Assembly (NCBI GenBank): GCA_030167865.1
Contig: JALAGF010000679.1
Coordinates: forward strand, 1-64,000
Direction: 5' to 3'
DNA from: Craspedostauros australis
Lineage: Eukaryota
DNA length: 64,000 nt
In this document: piece by piece, positions 22,101 through 34,700 of the stretch
Numbering within the stretch: position 1 is the first letter of the stretch
Layout of the letters: each line of letters opens with the position of its first letter
Notes under the pieces: model-generated
Told to the model about the DNA's origin: nothing
The model's database searches: none
The model's input: only the letters and a program-made list of their open reading frames with translations
Position numbers and translations under genes: made by a program

Positions 22101-25100
22101 CAATACCAAGACGGAGAAACAATCGTCGGTTGGATGGACTTGTGTACTGTGTATCATGCCGTACCTCCTACCATGTTGGTGAGAGAGGGTCCGGCCGAAG
22201 TTGCGGGTGCCTTCGGGTGAAGTATCGTTGCCTTTGTTCGTGAAGATGGTTGACATGGCACAAGTACCTCTTGTTACTCCGCTGTGCATCACCCTTGCGG
22301 ACTTGTGCGCTTTCTATCGAATTGTGTTGCCCGGCGGCGCCGCATGTGTTGCTGCCCTGCCGAGTGTACTCGCGCCATCTCCGGTTGCCAACAACAGAGC
22401 TGCAATGACAGCGGCTAAAGGACTAGAGACACCGAGACCGAGACGCTCCCTCTCTCTCTCTCTCTGGAGACGCGCCACCTTTCATCTATCTTTGGTAGCA
22501 CCAGGGCAGAGTCTGCTCACAAGAGGGCCATCTCTGCACGATACTGCTGGTGTAGATTGTAGTGCACGGTGGAGATGGAAGGAATGGACATGCTCATACT
22601 CACATGAACCACAACACTGTGCACAATCGATAAAAAGGATTCACAGCGGATGCTCTCAGCGTCGACAGACATCCCTCTCGTCTCCGAAATACTTCTGCCC
22701 CTCTCCTCGCTCCGGAGGCCTTGCGTTCCTGGAACTACCACCAGGTCAGGGAGGACATAACCTGGATCGTCAGTTCCTCTTGCGTCGAATGCCGTGGTTC
22801 TTTCACTTGCCAAGGAGTAGGAGTATTTCTCATCTTGGATTTGAGCGTGTTGTACTCGTACTGGTAGCTCATACTTATCCTTGCATCGTGTTCAGATCGT
22901 GGGTTGTCATCACGTTGGATTGCGTTCTTCACATGGGTTCGTGTGTGAAGCACTCATCTGTTTCTGTAGCTTGCACAGTCAACACGATCGTACCAGTGGA
23001 ACGTCTCTGTGATCTGCCACGACCACCAGAGGTGCAGACAGAAACAGGGAGAAAGAGGAAGAAACGACAGACATGATTCACAAGGGTGCATGAAGTCTTG
23101 GAATGGTCCCGCAAACGGACTGACACCACAGGTCAGGTTTGATTTATTCTGGACTGGAAGAACTGCGACTTCTGAGGTGATGTCATGACAAGACCGACGA
23201 AGCCACCCGACAAACAGGAGGAGCCTCAGCGCGGACAGGAACCATAGCAAGAGAACACCACAAGACAGCATCAACCAATGTCAATGGACATTCAGTACGC
23301 CAGTTGATCGTAACGATAGAGACAGGCTGGCACTTTCGGGTACCGTGGCTGCGTCCTCTGCGATGCTCACATTTTGATTCGATGGTGGTGGGGCAGCGAC
23401 AATGGCAATGGCAATGGCAATGGCAATGACAATGACGATGACGGGAGCCGTCTACACCAGACACCTCACGGTGCTCCTCAACACAAAAAGGCCTCCCTTG
23501 TGCTCTCAAGTTTGCTCTGACATGAGCATCTGCGTTGGCATGAGTATGAGTCTTTACCTACGGATGCGGCCCTGCCATGTGTGTTGCGATGTCTGCCGGG
23601 CTCCATCATCGGACCCCTCCATCCACAGGAGGCCAGATCATCCCGTGCCTTTTGTGACCTCGGGAGGGCGTGTCGCGCGTCCAGATGATACTTCATTGAA
23701 GCAAGAGTCGAGGGTTCGGTAGGTTTCATGTGACACGATGGTGGCATTGTCTTGGCAGGCAAGAACATTTAGCTGACACCATGACGTCCATCGTGGACTT
23801 GGAAGGTTCGGAGTGCGGCGCTTATGTCCCTGTTTGTGCATACTATTAGACGATGGTGGGCTCCTTTGCTTGACTCTATGGGTACTCTGCTTGGATACAT
23901 CGCACCCATCACATCTGTGGGTAGCGCATGGAGACAAGGGGTCGACGTTCACGGATGGCGTTGCCATTCTCAGCTCTCCAGTCACAGAAACTGGAGGAGT
24001 GCGGTGGGGAGACAAGGGTCCCTTTCTCTCCACACATGGAACAGTACCGGCATCAGCAACAACTGGAGCGACAACCACAGCAACCGCACCGACTGCAGCA
24101 ACTGCTCCCACCAATAATGACAATGATGATGGCGACGACGGTAGGGATGGAACCGTCCATTCACCCTTGATTCTTCTTGTTCGCCCCAATCCAAAAAGTG
24201 GTGGTGTTTCTCCAAACGCCCAAGGCGCTTTTCTTTGTTCTGTTGACCGCGTTTGAGAACCCCACGACATGTTCCGCTCTGCACGCGTGACAACGTGCGA
24301 CGTGGGTTTAATAAATGGCAGGGCTTGCTTTCTGGCTGCTTTCGACATGGTTGGTTGTGCGACGATGACGTGATACTTCCACACAATTCTCAAAGTGTCG
24401 CTCCGAACTCATCGAGAAACCGATTGTGCAGCGATAAAAAGGTGTCTCTGCAAGAAGCGGTAGTTGAGTTTCTGTTGGTCCTATCTTGAAGTGGACGAAT
24501 CGGTCCCAATAGAATTGCAAGCGTACTTTGTTTCGTTGCAATTCATGTTTCCTTTGGGATTAAACTGGCATTGTGAACAGTGTCCTTGGCACAATGACCC
24601 ACAGAAGGCCGGTACGAACGGAACAACCCTCCACAAGAAAAGGCCGCCCCGGCAGGGGCACAATAGCACTGCAGAGAACGACGCAACGAGAACACCAAAA
24701 GCCTCCGTTCCTGTGATTTCTGCGCGTGTTCGTTTTTGTGCGAGGCGTTGGAGAAGCCACGTTGTGCGTGGTACTGTCGTTGCAATTACGAGTGGTAACA
24801 ATTCACCAACGAAAAGACAGAAAGGACGACCGGACCTGTTCCGGCAATGCGACAGAAACAGCAACAGTTGGGGGGAGGAAGAACATTCGCAACCAGGGTC
24901 GCTGGTGCAACTGCATCTGCCCTGCTCGCACTATTGTGACCACCACAAACGCTTTCATCATCCTTGACACGGGCGAAAACACACACATCGTCAAAACGAA
25001 AACGTAAATAGCTCTCGGCACAAGACATCCAACCCCACCGATACCGTGGTTGGCGGACATCTACTCTGCGTGGTTGGAACGAGTACGAGTTCTGCGTGTG

Positions 25101-25590
25101 CATCCATGCATGTGCACAACACACACACGACAGAACACAAACACAGAGAGCCGTCATCGCTGACACGGCAGGCATCCTAATCCTCACACAACTCTACCAA
25201 TACTCCTCCACTTCACTCCACTCCATCAGCAGACCATCTCACGAGACCAATACGTCGTACACAACCCCACCCCGCAGAAGCTCAAGAGGCTGCAACATCT
25301 CAGACTCACAAAAACCAAATCGAGCCAAGCCAAAGCCACAACATCTCCACCATCCAACCACAACCACAACCACAACCACAACCACAAACACACACAAACC
25401 TTACCACCATCATCACTAAATTTGGCCAACAGCTGACCAAACACACATACTAATACCAATACGAATACTAATACAAACACTATTGGAAACACCCAAGGCC
25501 ACCAAAGACAGCAGCAACCCACCGCAGCCCATTGCCTCCTCCACATCCTCCCACAATACCAATACCAATACCAACAACAGCACAACCAAG

Positions 25591-26373
25591 ATGCCAGTCG
25601 TCAAGAGATCACCCAAGTTCGCCATCCAGCGGCTGCTGAACCCCATGACGCTCGCCTCCACCATCGGCAGCAGCATGGGATCCCTGCAGACGTCATCCGA
25701 GTCACCATCGTCACGATCATCGGAAGACAGCTCGAACTCCAACAGCTCCACGATCGCCACCAACGCCGTCGGCCACAAGCAGGCGCAGCAGCAGACACCG
25801 CCATCACCCGCCGCGCCCACTCGATCGAGGGTCACGTTCACAAAGACCGTCACGATCCGACGAACGATCTCGGCGTGCGATTACACGCCACAGGAACGCC
25901 GCGCCTGCTGGTACAACGACGCCGAGATGAGGGTCATGAAGCAGGAACGACGCGCCACCATCAAGCTCATGGAGAGCGTGGCGGTGGGCAAAGGCTCGCA
26001 CAACACCAATTACTACTGCGCCGTCGACGACGACAAGGACTTTTGCTACCGCGGCCTCGAGCACAAGACGAAGAACGGTTCGCGCATGCGCCAATTCAAC
26101 CAGGTCGATGCCGCGATGGCCGTCATGGACGAGCAGGAGCTGCAAGCGGCGCACGGTATCAACGATCCGGAGACCTTGTCGAGAGTGTACATTTCCTGCA
26201 CGTTGGCGTGTCAAGCGGCGGCGCTCGAGAAGGGACTGCGCGATCAGATGGTCGTCCTTGACCAGAGAGTGCACGTGACCAACATGACGCACAAGCAGCA
26301 CCCGCACCACCAACAACAACAACCAATCCCCCACATGAGACAGCCAAGAAGACTATCGAATGCGGCGGCGTAG
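25591..26373 (+). CDS. Diatom-type hypothetical protein of the 'VxF...WY...RGLE...DEQ' family, 260 aa
   Basis: RVTFTKTVTI...ERRACWY...CYRGLEHKT...AVMDEQELQ...DPETLSRVY...AALEKGLRD; strong coding bias. Confidence 0.8.
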   Translation: MPVVKRSPKFAIQRLLNPMTLASTIGSSMGSLQTSSESPSSRSSEDSSNSNSSTIATNAVGHKQAQQQTPPSPAAPTRSRVTFTKTVTIRRTISACDYTPQERRACWYNDAEMRVMKQERRATIKLMESVAVGKGSHNTNYYCAVDDDKDFCYRGLEHKTKNGSRMRQFNQVDAAMAVMDEQELQAAHGINDPETLSRVYISCTLACQAAALEKGLRDQMVVLDQRVHVTNMTHKQHPHHQQQQPIPHMRQPRRLSNAAA

Positions 26374-27186
26374 ACAAAGGATACTTATTATAATGCTCAC
26401 ATGTTCCACTGATATCATATCATACAACACTACAGTACCAACAAACCATATACTAGTAATGCGCTCCCAACCAATTGAATGGCTTCCACATGTTTGCGCG
26501 CATGTGGCAGTGTTATGAATTTTTATATGAACGTGGATTTGAACAGAGCCGAGTCGAACAGAGTACGAGGATAGAGGAGGACTCTTGTGTTGCTTTCCAG
26601 AGGATCACGTGTTGTGAATGGAGAGGACTATGGTGTGCAATGAACTGCGCCCACCAATCCACCATGTGCTTCTCTCTGGATGTGTTTCGGCAGTCACGAC
26701 TTGTGCCGCATCGATGACGTTTTGGCGATGACCGTCGGAGTGGAACAAGTACTCGTATCGGTGCGCGGCATTGGTTGCGACCATCTGCTTTCGATGGAAC
26801 ATTGGTTGATTGGCACAAGTTGGTCTCAGCATGATGTCGTCGTTGATGGTGGCACACGTCACGTGGTTCTGGCAATGCGCATACCTCGTGCGGGTCAGAG
26901 TAGCAGCTTGTGGAGGAGAGAGTGAGGTCATCAACGCCATGAGAAAGTGACGGCAGCCTCCAAACACAGACACAGTGAACAAGATGTGTTCTGTGGTGAG
27001 GACAAACACACACTATCCCTCTCTCTCTCCAGTTAGATAGACATTTGCACTCAAATACTATGGTATTATACATACTACTGAGTCTAATTTCTCTAATATT
27101 TGATTTTGTTGTGCTGTGTTCTTGGTGGCAAGCCTACGAGCTGCTACTACCTGCCTCCTCTTGCACCATACCTACTGCTGCCTGTT

Positions 27187-28812
27187 TCACAATGGCACGC
27201 CGTCATCATCATCGTCACCATCCTTATCAATCAGCGCCCAATTATCGTAGACGATTTCAACCACCGATCGCTTCTTGTGCTGGTGCAAGTCTTCAAAACT
27301 CGCACTGCTGGAATGGCTGAGGTCATCCTCGAATTCGTCCTCCGTCAGCGATCCTGTCTCGTTGTCGCTTTGCTCGCCATCACATCGAGTCCTCCGCCTG
27401 GACTTGTGCTTCTTGTGCGGCATGTTCTTCAAGAGACGTCGGAAGTAGTTGACCTGTCGCAGGAGACGGAACGCGATGGCGCCCTTCATGTTGCGCAGGA
27501 AGAGCATGTACTTGGGCAGGTACTTGATGATCAAGCGCAGCAATCGGTACGCCCCGACGCCATGGTGCTTCGTGTGTCTCGCAACCTTGCCGAACCAACG
27601 CACGTGGCGTGTTCGCAGGTGAGCGGTGACACGAATGACAGCCTTGGAGCGGAAGAAGTTTCTCATCCAGAAGCCGCGTCGTTTCTGCACGTCCAGGATG
27701 GGTTGCACGTAGATGTGCTCCCACGGGAACAGCGACAGAGTGTCGATGGCGAACCACGATGTGAGATACCGCGCGAAGATGCTCTTGTGGTCTCTGAGGA
27801 TGGTGCCTTCTGCCGTGCGTCGCTCAGTCGTGAAGTTGAGCAGGATGTCGATCATGAACCAGATGTCGCACATGGTCATGAACATGCCACCGAACTTGCG
27901 ATCTCGGATGGCTGCGTGAGTTGCGTACGCGTATGCGAAGGAGAGAACTACCGTCATGGTATCCCAGAGAATCTTGAGAGGATGCTCCATGGGAATGACC
28001 CATCGGCTGCGCTTCGCTGTTGGCGAGGGACGGGCTCTGCTCGCGTTCGCATCCTGGCTGTGCTTCGATTGACGGTACCGTCTCATGCCTGTCGCAGTGC
28101 TGGAAGTGGTGGATGGTCGCATGCTGTGATCCGCAACGTCGTGGTCACACGACTGCAGCGATGACATGGATGTTGACACCTTCATGGAAGGCTTCTTGCG
28201 CTGTCTCAGCCCAGTCGAGGCTGTGGTTGCGGTTGCCATTGTACTTGCTCTTGGCCTTGCCACTGATGATGCTGGGGCTGGCTCATTGAGAAGGAACCTT
28301 GCATTGGCTGTGGATGCGTCCTTGGTGCTTGTGAGAAGGAGATTCGGAAGATCGTCCCAGGACCTGCAGTCCCTCAAGGTGGCATCCAGGCTGCGCGAAG
28401 TTGGCAGGTTCGTGGTGTTGCCTGCCTCGTTTGCCTCGCTGTCATCCATGGAAGGCGAGAGGAGGACGTTCTCATGGCTCCTGGTCCTGCGGAACTCCGG
28501 TCGGGGCTTGTCGTCCATGTCCGGTCCCACCCAGGCCGTCTTGAGCGGCGTGTCGAAGCAGAGGCTTCCGTGACGGCTGCGAGTCCTGCGATGGAAGCTG
28601 GGCATGGATAGGATGGACTGCAGCGAGCATGACGAACTCCGGGATGGCAGGAGCGGCGTTGATACAGATGGAAGATTCGTGCTGTTCACGGTGGAGCCAT
28701 CGCTGTCATCTCCATCCGTTCTCACGGGAGTATCAGGTGGAGTAAGCTGCTGTGCGTTGAGTTCCTGTCGTGCTTCTTCATGCTGCTGCTGCTGTTGATG
28801 GGCGTGTTCCAT
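27187..28812 (-). CDS. Membrane protein with a CNG/EAG/plant-Shaker-type S1-S4 ion-transport N-terminal domain but no pore or cyclic-nucleotide-binding domain, 541 aa
   Basis: WVIPMEHPLKILWD (pre-S1/S1), DIWFMIDILLNFTT (S2), DHKSIFARYLTSWFAIDTLSLFPWE (S2-S3), then Arg-rich helices; acidic tail up to the stop. Confidence 0.8.
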   Translation of the reverse strand: MEHAHQQQQQHEEARQELNAQQLTPPDTPVRTDGDDSDGSTVNSTNLPSVSTPLLPSRSSSCSLQSILSMPSFHRRTRSRHGSLCFDTPLKTAWVGPDMDDKPRPEFRRTRSHENVLLSPSMDDSEANEAGNTTNLPTSRSLDATLRDCRSWDDLPNLLLTSTKDASTANARFLLNEPAPASSVARPRASTMATATTASTGLRQRKKPSMKVSTSMSSLQSCDHDVADHSMRPSTTSSTATGMRRYRQSKHSQDANASRARPSPTAKRSRWVIPMEHPLKILWDTMTVVLSFAYAYATHAAIRDRKFGGMFMTMCDIWFMIDILLNFTTERRTAEGTILRDHKSIFARYLTSWFAIDTLSLFPWEHIYVQPILDVQKRRGFWMRNFFRSKAVIRVTAHLRTRHVRWFGKVARHTKHHGVGAYRLLRLIIKYLPKYMLFLRNMKGAIAFRLLRQVNYFRRLLKNMPHKKHKSRRRTRCDGEQSDNETGSLTEDEFEDDLSHSSSASFEDLHQHKKRSVVEIVYDNWALIDKDGDDDDDGVPL

Positions 28813-31718
28813 GATTGATCCGGTGTCCGCTTTGCCCTTGCGTTATGTTGTGTTGGGTGGTGGTCTGCTCTGTCAGAGAATGGTTTCTGTTGATGTCGCT
28901 GTTGTGGTATGTGAAGATAATGAGAAGTTGTTGTGCTCGCACAGCATCAGAGAGCAATTCGTAATCCGCCAACCGCAGCTCAACTGAAATGCCTGATGGC
29001 AGAGCCTTCGATGCCGATCTTGATGGGAAGAACGAGAGAGCAGCCGTGAGTTCGTGTTCTTGGCTGATCGACTATGACCAAAAAGTGATGTTTCCGTTCG
29101 TGATGGGGTTGCCGTTTTTGTGCGACCGTGTTGATGGCCGTGGTGTCAGAGAAGGTGTCAGCGCCAACAACAATGCCGATGGTTCCACGATACGTGTTCT
29201 CTGTCAATGGAGAGAGAGGAGGTGACTGTGGCCGTTGAGTGTCAGCAACGATGCCCAAGAGAGGAACACGAGGGCAACAAGTTGAAAGACTGTTTGTGTG
29301 TGGACATGGACATCGACATGTGCATCCACATGGACATGAGTGGCGATGCGATGATGCGTTCGCAAAGGCCAAATGGTCAGAGATCCACGACGGGATCACC
29401 AAACCAAGGCAAAGTGAGAGAATGGAAGAGTGACGGTTGGATGAGTTGGTTTGGTCGAAGAAGAAAATCGAAGAGCCGACTGACTGTCGTGGAGTTCGTT
29501 TCTGTGCATTTTCCGCGCTTGTGCGCGAAAGTGTGCTGCCCGAACGACACAAACACTGGCACAAGCAAGACAGGACTTCCATGCCGGTTGTGTCGTGTAT
29601 TTTGCGTGGTGACGAACCCTTTGGGCAGCGACGTCTTGCTTTTCCTGCGTTTGCCTGCTTCCTGTCATTAAATATCAATGGACGAATGCACTTATTTGTT
29701 CCATGTCGCATCTGTCGTGGACTCTGCGTCATCTTCAAAACCACGACAGACCACCAACAAAGCCAACGGAAACGGTTTCGGCAGATTCTCTTGGAACGGC
29801 GGCCTGATGTCGCTTGCGACATATCAATGGTGAATCAGATTCAAAACGTGACTGATTCGACGGCGTTCCACAACGAACAGAACACAAATCCCCAAACGAA
29901 TCCGTGTGGCGAACATGGCACATCGCGCGCATCGCGACACAACACAAACACAGAGAGAACAACGACCATGACGGCCATTTGCGTTCTCGTCATCGTCATG
30001 TTTTCACGAGGCGCGTTGTGCCATGGTGTGTTGTGTCGTGCTTCTGGTTGTTTCATGACATGTGTCCCACGCAACTCACCTGTGCTTTGTTTCTCTTGCG
30101 TTGTTTGCGGGTTGCTCCTTTGCGGCTCTTTGTCGTGGCTGAGGAGTCTAGTGGTATGCCTGATTATGTTGTTTCAGTCGTTGCGTTGCGCCGTTGGGTA
30201 ATTGGTGGAAGCGGGTGTGCGTCTTATGATCCTTCAGGAGCCGCCGACCAATCAATTCAGTACAACCGGGTGCACAGATGAGGACGATACGATACGTTGT
30301 GTTGTGATGTGTTGCGTCACGTTGTTCAGTTTGTTTGCTGATTGATGGCTTGACGATGTTTGGATGTTGTGTCATCGGTTGGATGGGTCACAATCGTGGG
30401 GTGGAGTTTGTGTTGTGATCTGTTTGGATGTGGTCAACGCTTGATGGGGCTCCTTCTCCTCTTGCCGTCGATTGTCGCGTGATGGGTTGGGTTCAGATCT
30501 CCCTGTTCTCTTCTGTCTTCGTGTTGGCGTTGTTGTTGTCACTGTCCACGACGTGATGGCTGCGATGATGGCTCCGATGATGGTGACGGCAGTTCAGTTG
30601 TCCCTGTGGTCGGCATTGATGTTGTTGTTGGTGGTGGTGGTGGTGATGGCTTTGGCGGTTCTGATTTTTCTCTCGTGTTTCGATTCTTTGGTTTTTGTCC
30701 ACGATGTTCTTCACGCGTCCCAAGCACTCCCGAAACCCGAACATGTCGATGAGACGGCCAGACGAAACAGAAAAACAGTCGTGTGCTCCAGATGGCTGCT
30801 GGCGTCACACGCGTCACTCTCAACAGACAAATCGTGCTAGCAATTTACATTCATTTTATTAATGCATGAGGGTTTATATAATCGGGCAGCACGACAAATT
30901 CGTCGTTCCAAATCAAGCCGTTACCATCGTGTCTCATCTCGCCAAATCGCGCGCAAATCGAAGATGCGACGCGCCAAGAAAAGGCCGATGTGAGCGAAAC
31001 AAGGAGAGAACGCCAGGTATCACGAGAGAAAGACCAAGGTCAACAACCAGGACGACAAGAATCGGATCAAATGCATGTTCTTGACATCTGCAATGAGATC
31101 ATCAATCGTGAGAGCAACGTCTGTCGGTGACATCCAAACTGCCTGATCAACTCATCATCCATTTGTATCGGCAATAGTGCCACAGGAGTCAAGACTTGGG
31201 CGTTAACAGTGCCAAGACAGAACAAATACAGTGCGATAGCAACTGAAGCACCATCGACAGCGTCATCGGAAACATCAACAGCGATCGGCAGGTCGTGACG
31301 TTGCATTGGTTCTTCTCGTCTCTTTCATGCCTCCATTCCTTTATTCTGTGTGCACGTCATAGTTCTCTCGCAGCGACACAACAACACCGTCGCTGAATCG
31401 GAGTAAAGGAGAGGAGCGGAGTGGAGTGGAGTGGACAAGAGAGAGGAAAGCGTCTCCCATACCAAGACTCCAGCAACCGCAACGACGCTCGACATTCGCT
31501 CATTCGTTCATTCATTCATTCATTGCCCAGGAATCTGCGCAGGAAGGCATCCCGGTGTCGTGCGTGATCATTGAGCAACCTCAGGATCTCTCTCCAGCAA
31601 CTGCAACGACAACAAAGACAATAACAGCGACAGCAACAGCCAAATACACGGCATCCCTCCGCTGACACCTGCTCGTGCAAGTGCAGATCAATTTGGAGAT
31701 CAATTCACAGACGACGAT

Positions 31719-34700
31719 ATGAGGTACACAGGCAACCTGCACAAGCTGATCGACGTGGCAAACGCCTCGCGCGACAGCCGCTCCAAGTGGGCGCACGTCC
31801 TGCACTACCTCGAGGGCCATACGGTGGCGCACACCAACCATGAGAATCCGCCTCACGATTCGCCCCTGCCGCCCTTCACGGCGCCGTCCGTGGAGCTGGA
31901 GGCCGAGCTGTTTGACCTGCAGGGTCCCAAGCGAGACGAGACGCCGTTGCGCATCGCCTGCAAGGCCGCACCGGCGCAGATCATCGGGGCGCTGTGCCAT
32001 CTGGCGCCGGAAGCCGCGAGGGTCGAGGACTCGCGATGTCGCATCCCGCTGCATTGGGCGTGCCGCAGACCGTCGGACAACGCGGAAACGAACAAGGTCT
32101 TGAAGATCCTCATTCTGGCGTACCCCGAGGGTCTCCTGCAACGTGACGATGGTGGCAGAACGCCCTTGCATTGGCTCTTCTGGTACCACGCCCCCACGCG
32201 CACGCCCAAGGTCGTGGAGATGTTTGCCCACTCGCTGCACCCCAACGATCTGGCCGACGTCAAGCAACCGCGGTTGGGCATCGATGATCGCTGGCCGTTG
32301 CCGGAGGTGCCGCAGACGGGTGGCGACGTCCCGGAGAATGCCTACATCATCGCTGACGCGCGTCATGGTGTGCTGCCGTTGCATTACGCCGTCATGCAGG
32401 GCGCGTCCAAGGATACCATCAAGGCGCTGCTGCATGCCTATCCGGCTTCCAAGATGTGCAAGGATCGCAAGGGACGCACGCCCTTGGCATGGTACCTGGG
32501 TGCGGGACATCTGATCGACAGCCGCAAGCATGTGTGCGGTGAGACCAACGACCCCAACGCGCCGCCGTGGTGGGAGATGAAGCTGTCCACGAAGGTCATT
32601 CAGATGCTTCTGTCCAGCCGCGCGGCGAGGACGCAGGACGACACGGGACGCATGCCGCTGCATTGGGCCTGCCATCTCATCGCGCGCAGCCAGTACGCGA
32701 AGAGCCATGGTTGCCTGGCCTTGAAGGCCGTGCAGCTCATCCTCGACAACTACGCCGACGTCCTCACGTGCAAGGACAAGGAGGGCAGAACGCCGTTGCA
32801 GCTCTTCTTCGATGTCGTCGTCGCGCTGCAGAAGCAGGATTTCGAGCGCGACTTTGGAAACCAGACGCTGCGCGATAACATCGATCTCAAGCTCGGGGGA
32901 CCGGTGGCATGGGATCCGCCCTCGCAGCTCATCGAACTGCTCTTGAAGAGCCCGGAATCGGATGGGCATGAAGTGTCGTACAGGACGGATCATGAGCGTC
33001 CCGTCTCGGCGGCTGCCATCGAGGACACCGTCGGTGCGTTGCCCATTCATGCTGCGTTGCGCGTTGCCACGGCGCCTCAGATCATCCGCATGCTCATCCA
33101 AGCGAATCCCACCAGTTTGGTGCACACATCGGAGGAGGTGCTGCAAACACCGCTGGTCCATGCCTTGAAGTCACCCTACACGGCGCCGCTGCAGTCTCAC
33201 GAGACCATCGATCTTCTCATGCAGGCCTACGTGACATCCAGACACGGAACCTTCATGGATGGACGCCTGGCGCTCAAGATGGAGGATTCGGCCGGCAAGT
33301 ACCCCCTGCATTACGCCAGCGAGAATCAGGCCTCGCTGGAGATCGTCAAGATCCTGTGCGAGAAGTTCCCGCGCGCTGCCATGTTCCAAAGCTCCGACGG
33401 TGATCTGCCGCTCCACGGCCTGCTCTCAAAGGCCAATCTCTTCGAACCACCGGAATCGGGCATAGCCACCGGCGCGTCGCTGGCGCAGTCCATGGCTTTC
33501 CTTTCCGACAAGGAAATCGCATGGAAGAAGGAGCTCGAGAAGGTGCAGCGCTCCGTCATCGACGTCCTCGTGCAGCCGCTCATTGAGTCGGAGCAGCATC
33601 TCAAAATCGGCAGTTCCGCGCATGGAATGACGCCGTTGCATATCGTGGTGGCCTTCGACGCCGTGTCCTACGAGACCGTGTACCGCATGCTCGATACCTG
33701 CCCCGCAACGGCAGGCATGATAACGACGGCAGAAGGATACAACTTCTCCTGCATGGACTTGCACGAACTGCGCAAGAAAGACAGCGACGACATCGACCAG
33801 TGGAACGCAATGCGCGAGCTCCTCTTCGCCTTCTGTCCCACCATCGACGCGTGGCGTTCCAAGGACGACCTCCTCGAGGCATGCGTCAAGCTCATCCGGC
33901 AGGAAGCCGAGACCAACTCCAGCTTCCACCTCGATCGCCTTGGCAGCATCCAGGACAAGAAGGATGGCGCCCTGTCCATCGCGGAAACTTTGTCCTCCAT
34001 CGCTCCGCCGGAAATCGACACAGCGTACCGACCAAAGCAGAAGCTGCCGGGTGTGATCTCGCCATCCAAGAGCGCTGCCTTGTCACCTGGCGCAGCCGAG
34101 CCGTCATCACGCAAGAAGTACCAACGCAAGCAACGCCCGCGCAAACGGCCGGAGCCCAAGTTCGAGGTGCACAAGTCCATCTACGACGATGACAACTTCG
34201 TGGGCAGCTACGAGGTTTCCGACAATTCGGATGAGTCCGACGTTGACGAGGAGTACTACTCGAGCGGAGAGTCCGAGTACAATTCGCAGGACGAGGAGGA
34301 CACTTTCTTCGACCGCAGCATCATCCACAACGGATCCTCCATGGAGACGGGATCGTGGGCGGGCAGCGTGCAGCAGAACCAGAGCATGGGATCGCGCAAA
34401 AAGTCGCAGCAGTCCGGCTCCTCGATGCCAAAGATGATCGTCGAGTCGCCGGCGCATTTTGAAGAGAAGAAGATGGAGGAGGACGCAGCCGCGATGAAGC
34501 CGATGGATCTGCGATCCGCGCTCAGCGACTCCAACAACCTGCTCAGCGACGTGGCGATGCGATTGTGGACCTTCTTCGTCCTGTACAACAACAAGAAGAA
34601 GCCAGAAGATAACTACCTCAGACAGGTCGAAGCCGTTCTGAACGACATGGACTTTGAGATCGTCGAGAAGCTCCTGGGCATGGCAGTCCCGGACTATGGT

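Noticed and set aside
21900-25400. ORFs of 150-290 aa (22201..23076, 23638..24393 and others) and (CAATGG)n at ~23400
   Set aside because: Non-ATG starts, no recognisable motifs and composition like non-coding DNA; the repeat is a simple microsatellite.
28980-31400. ORFs 28980..29822 and 29437..30201 in the divergent intergenic region
   Set aside because: No coding bias or domain signal.
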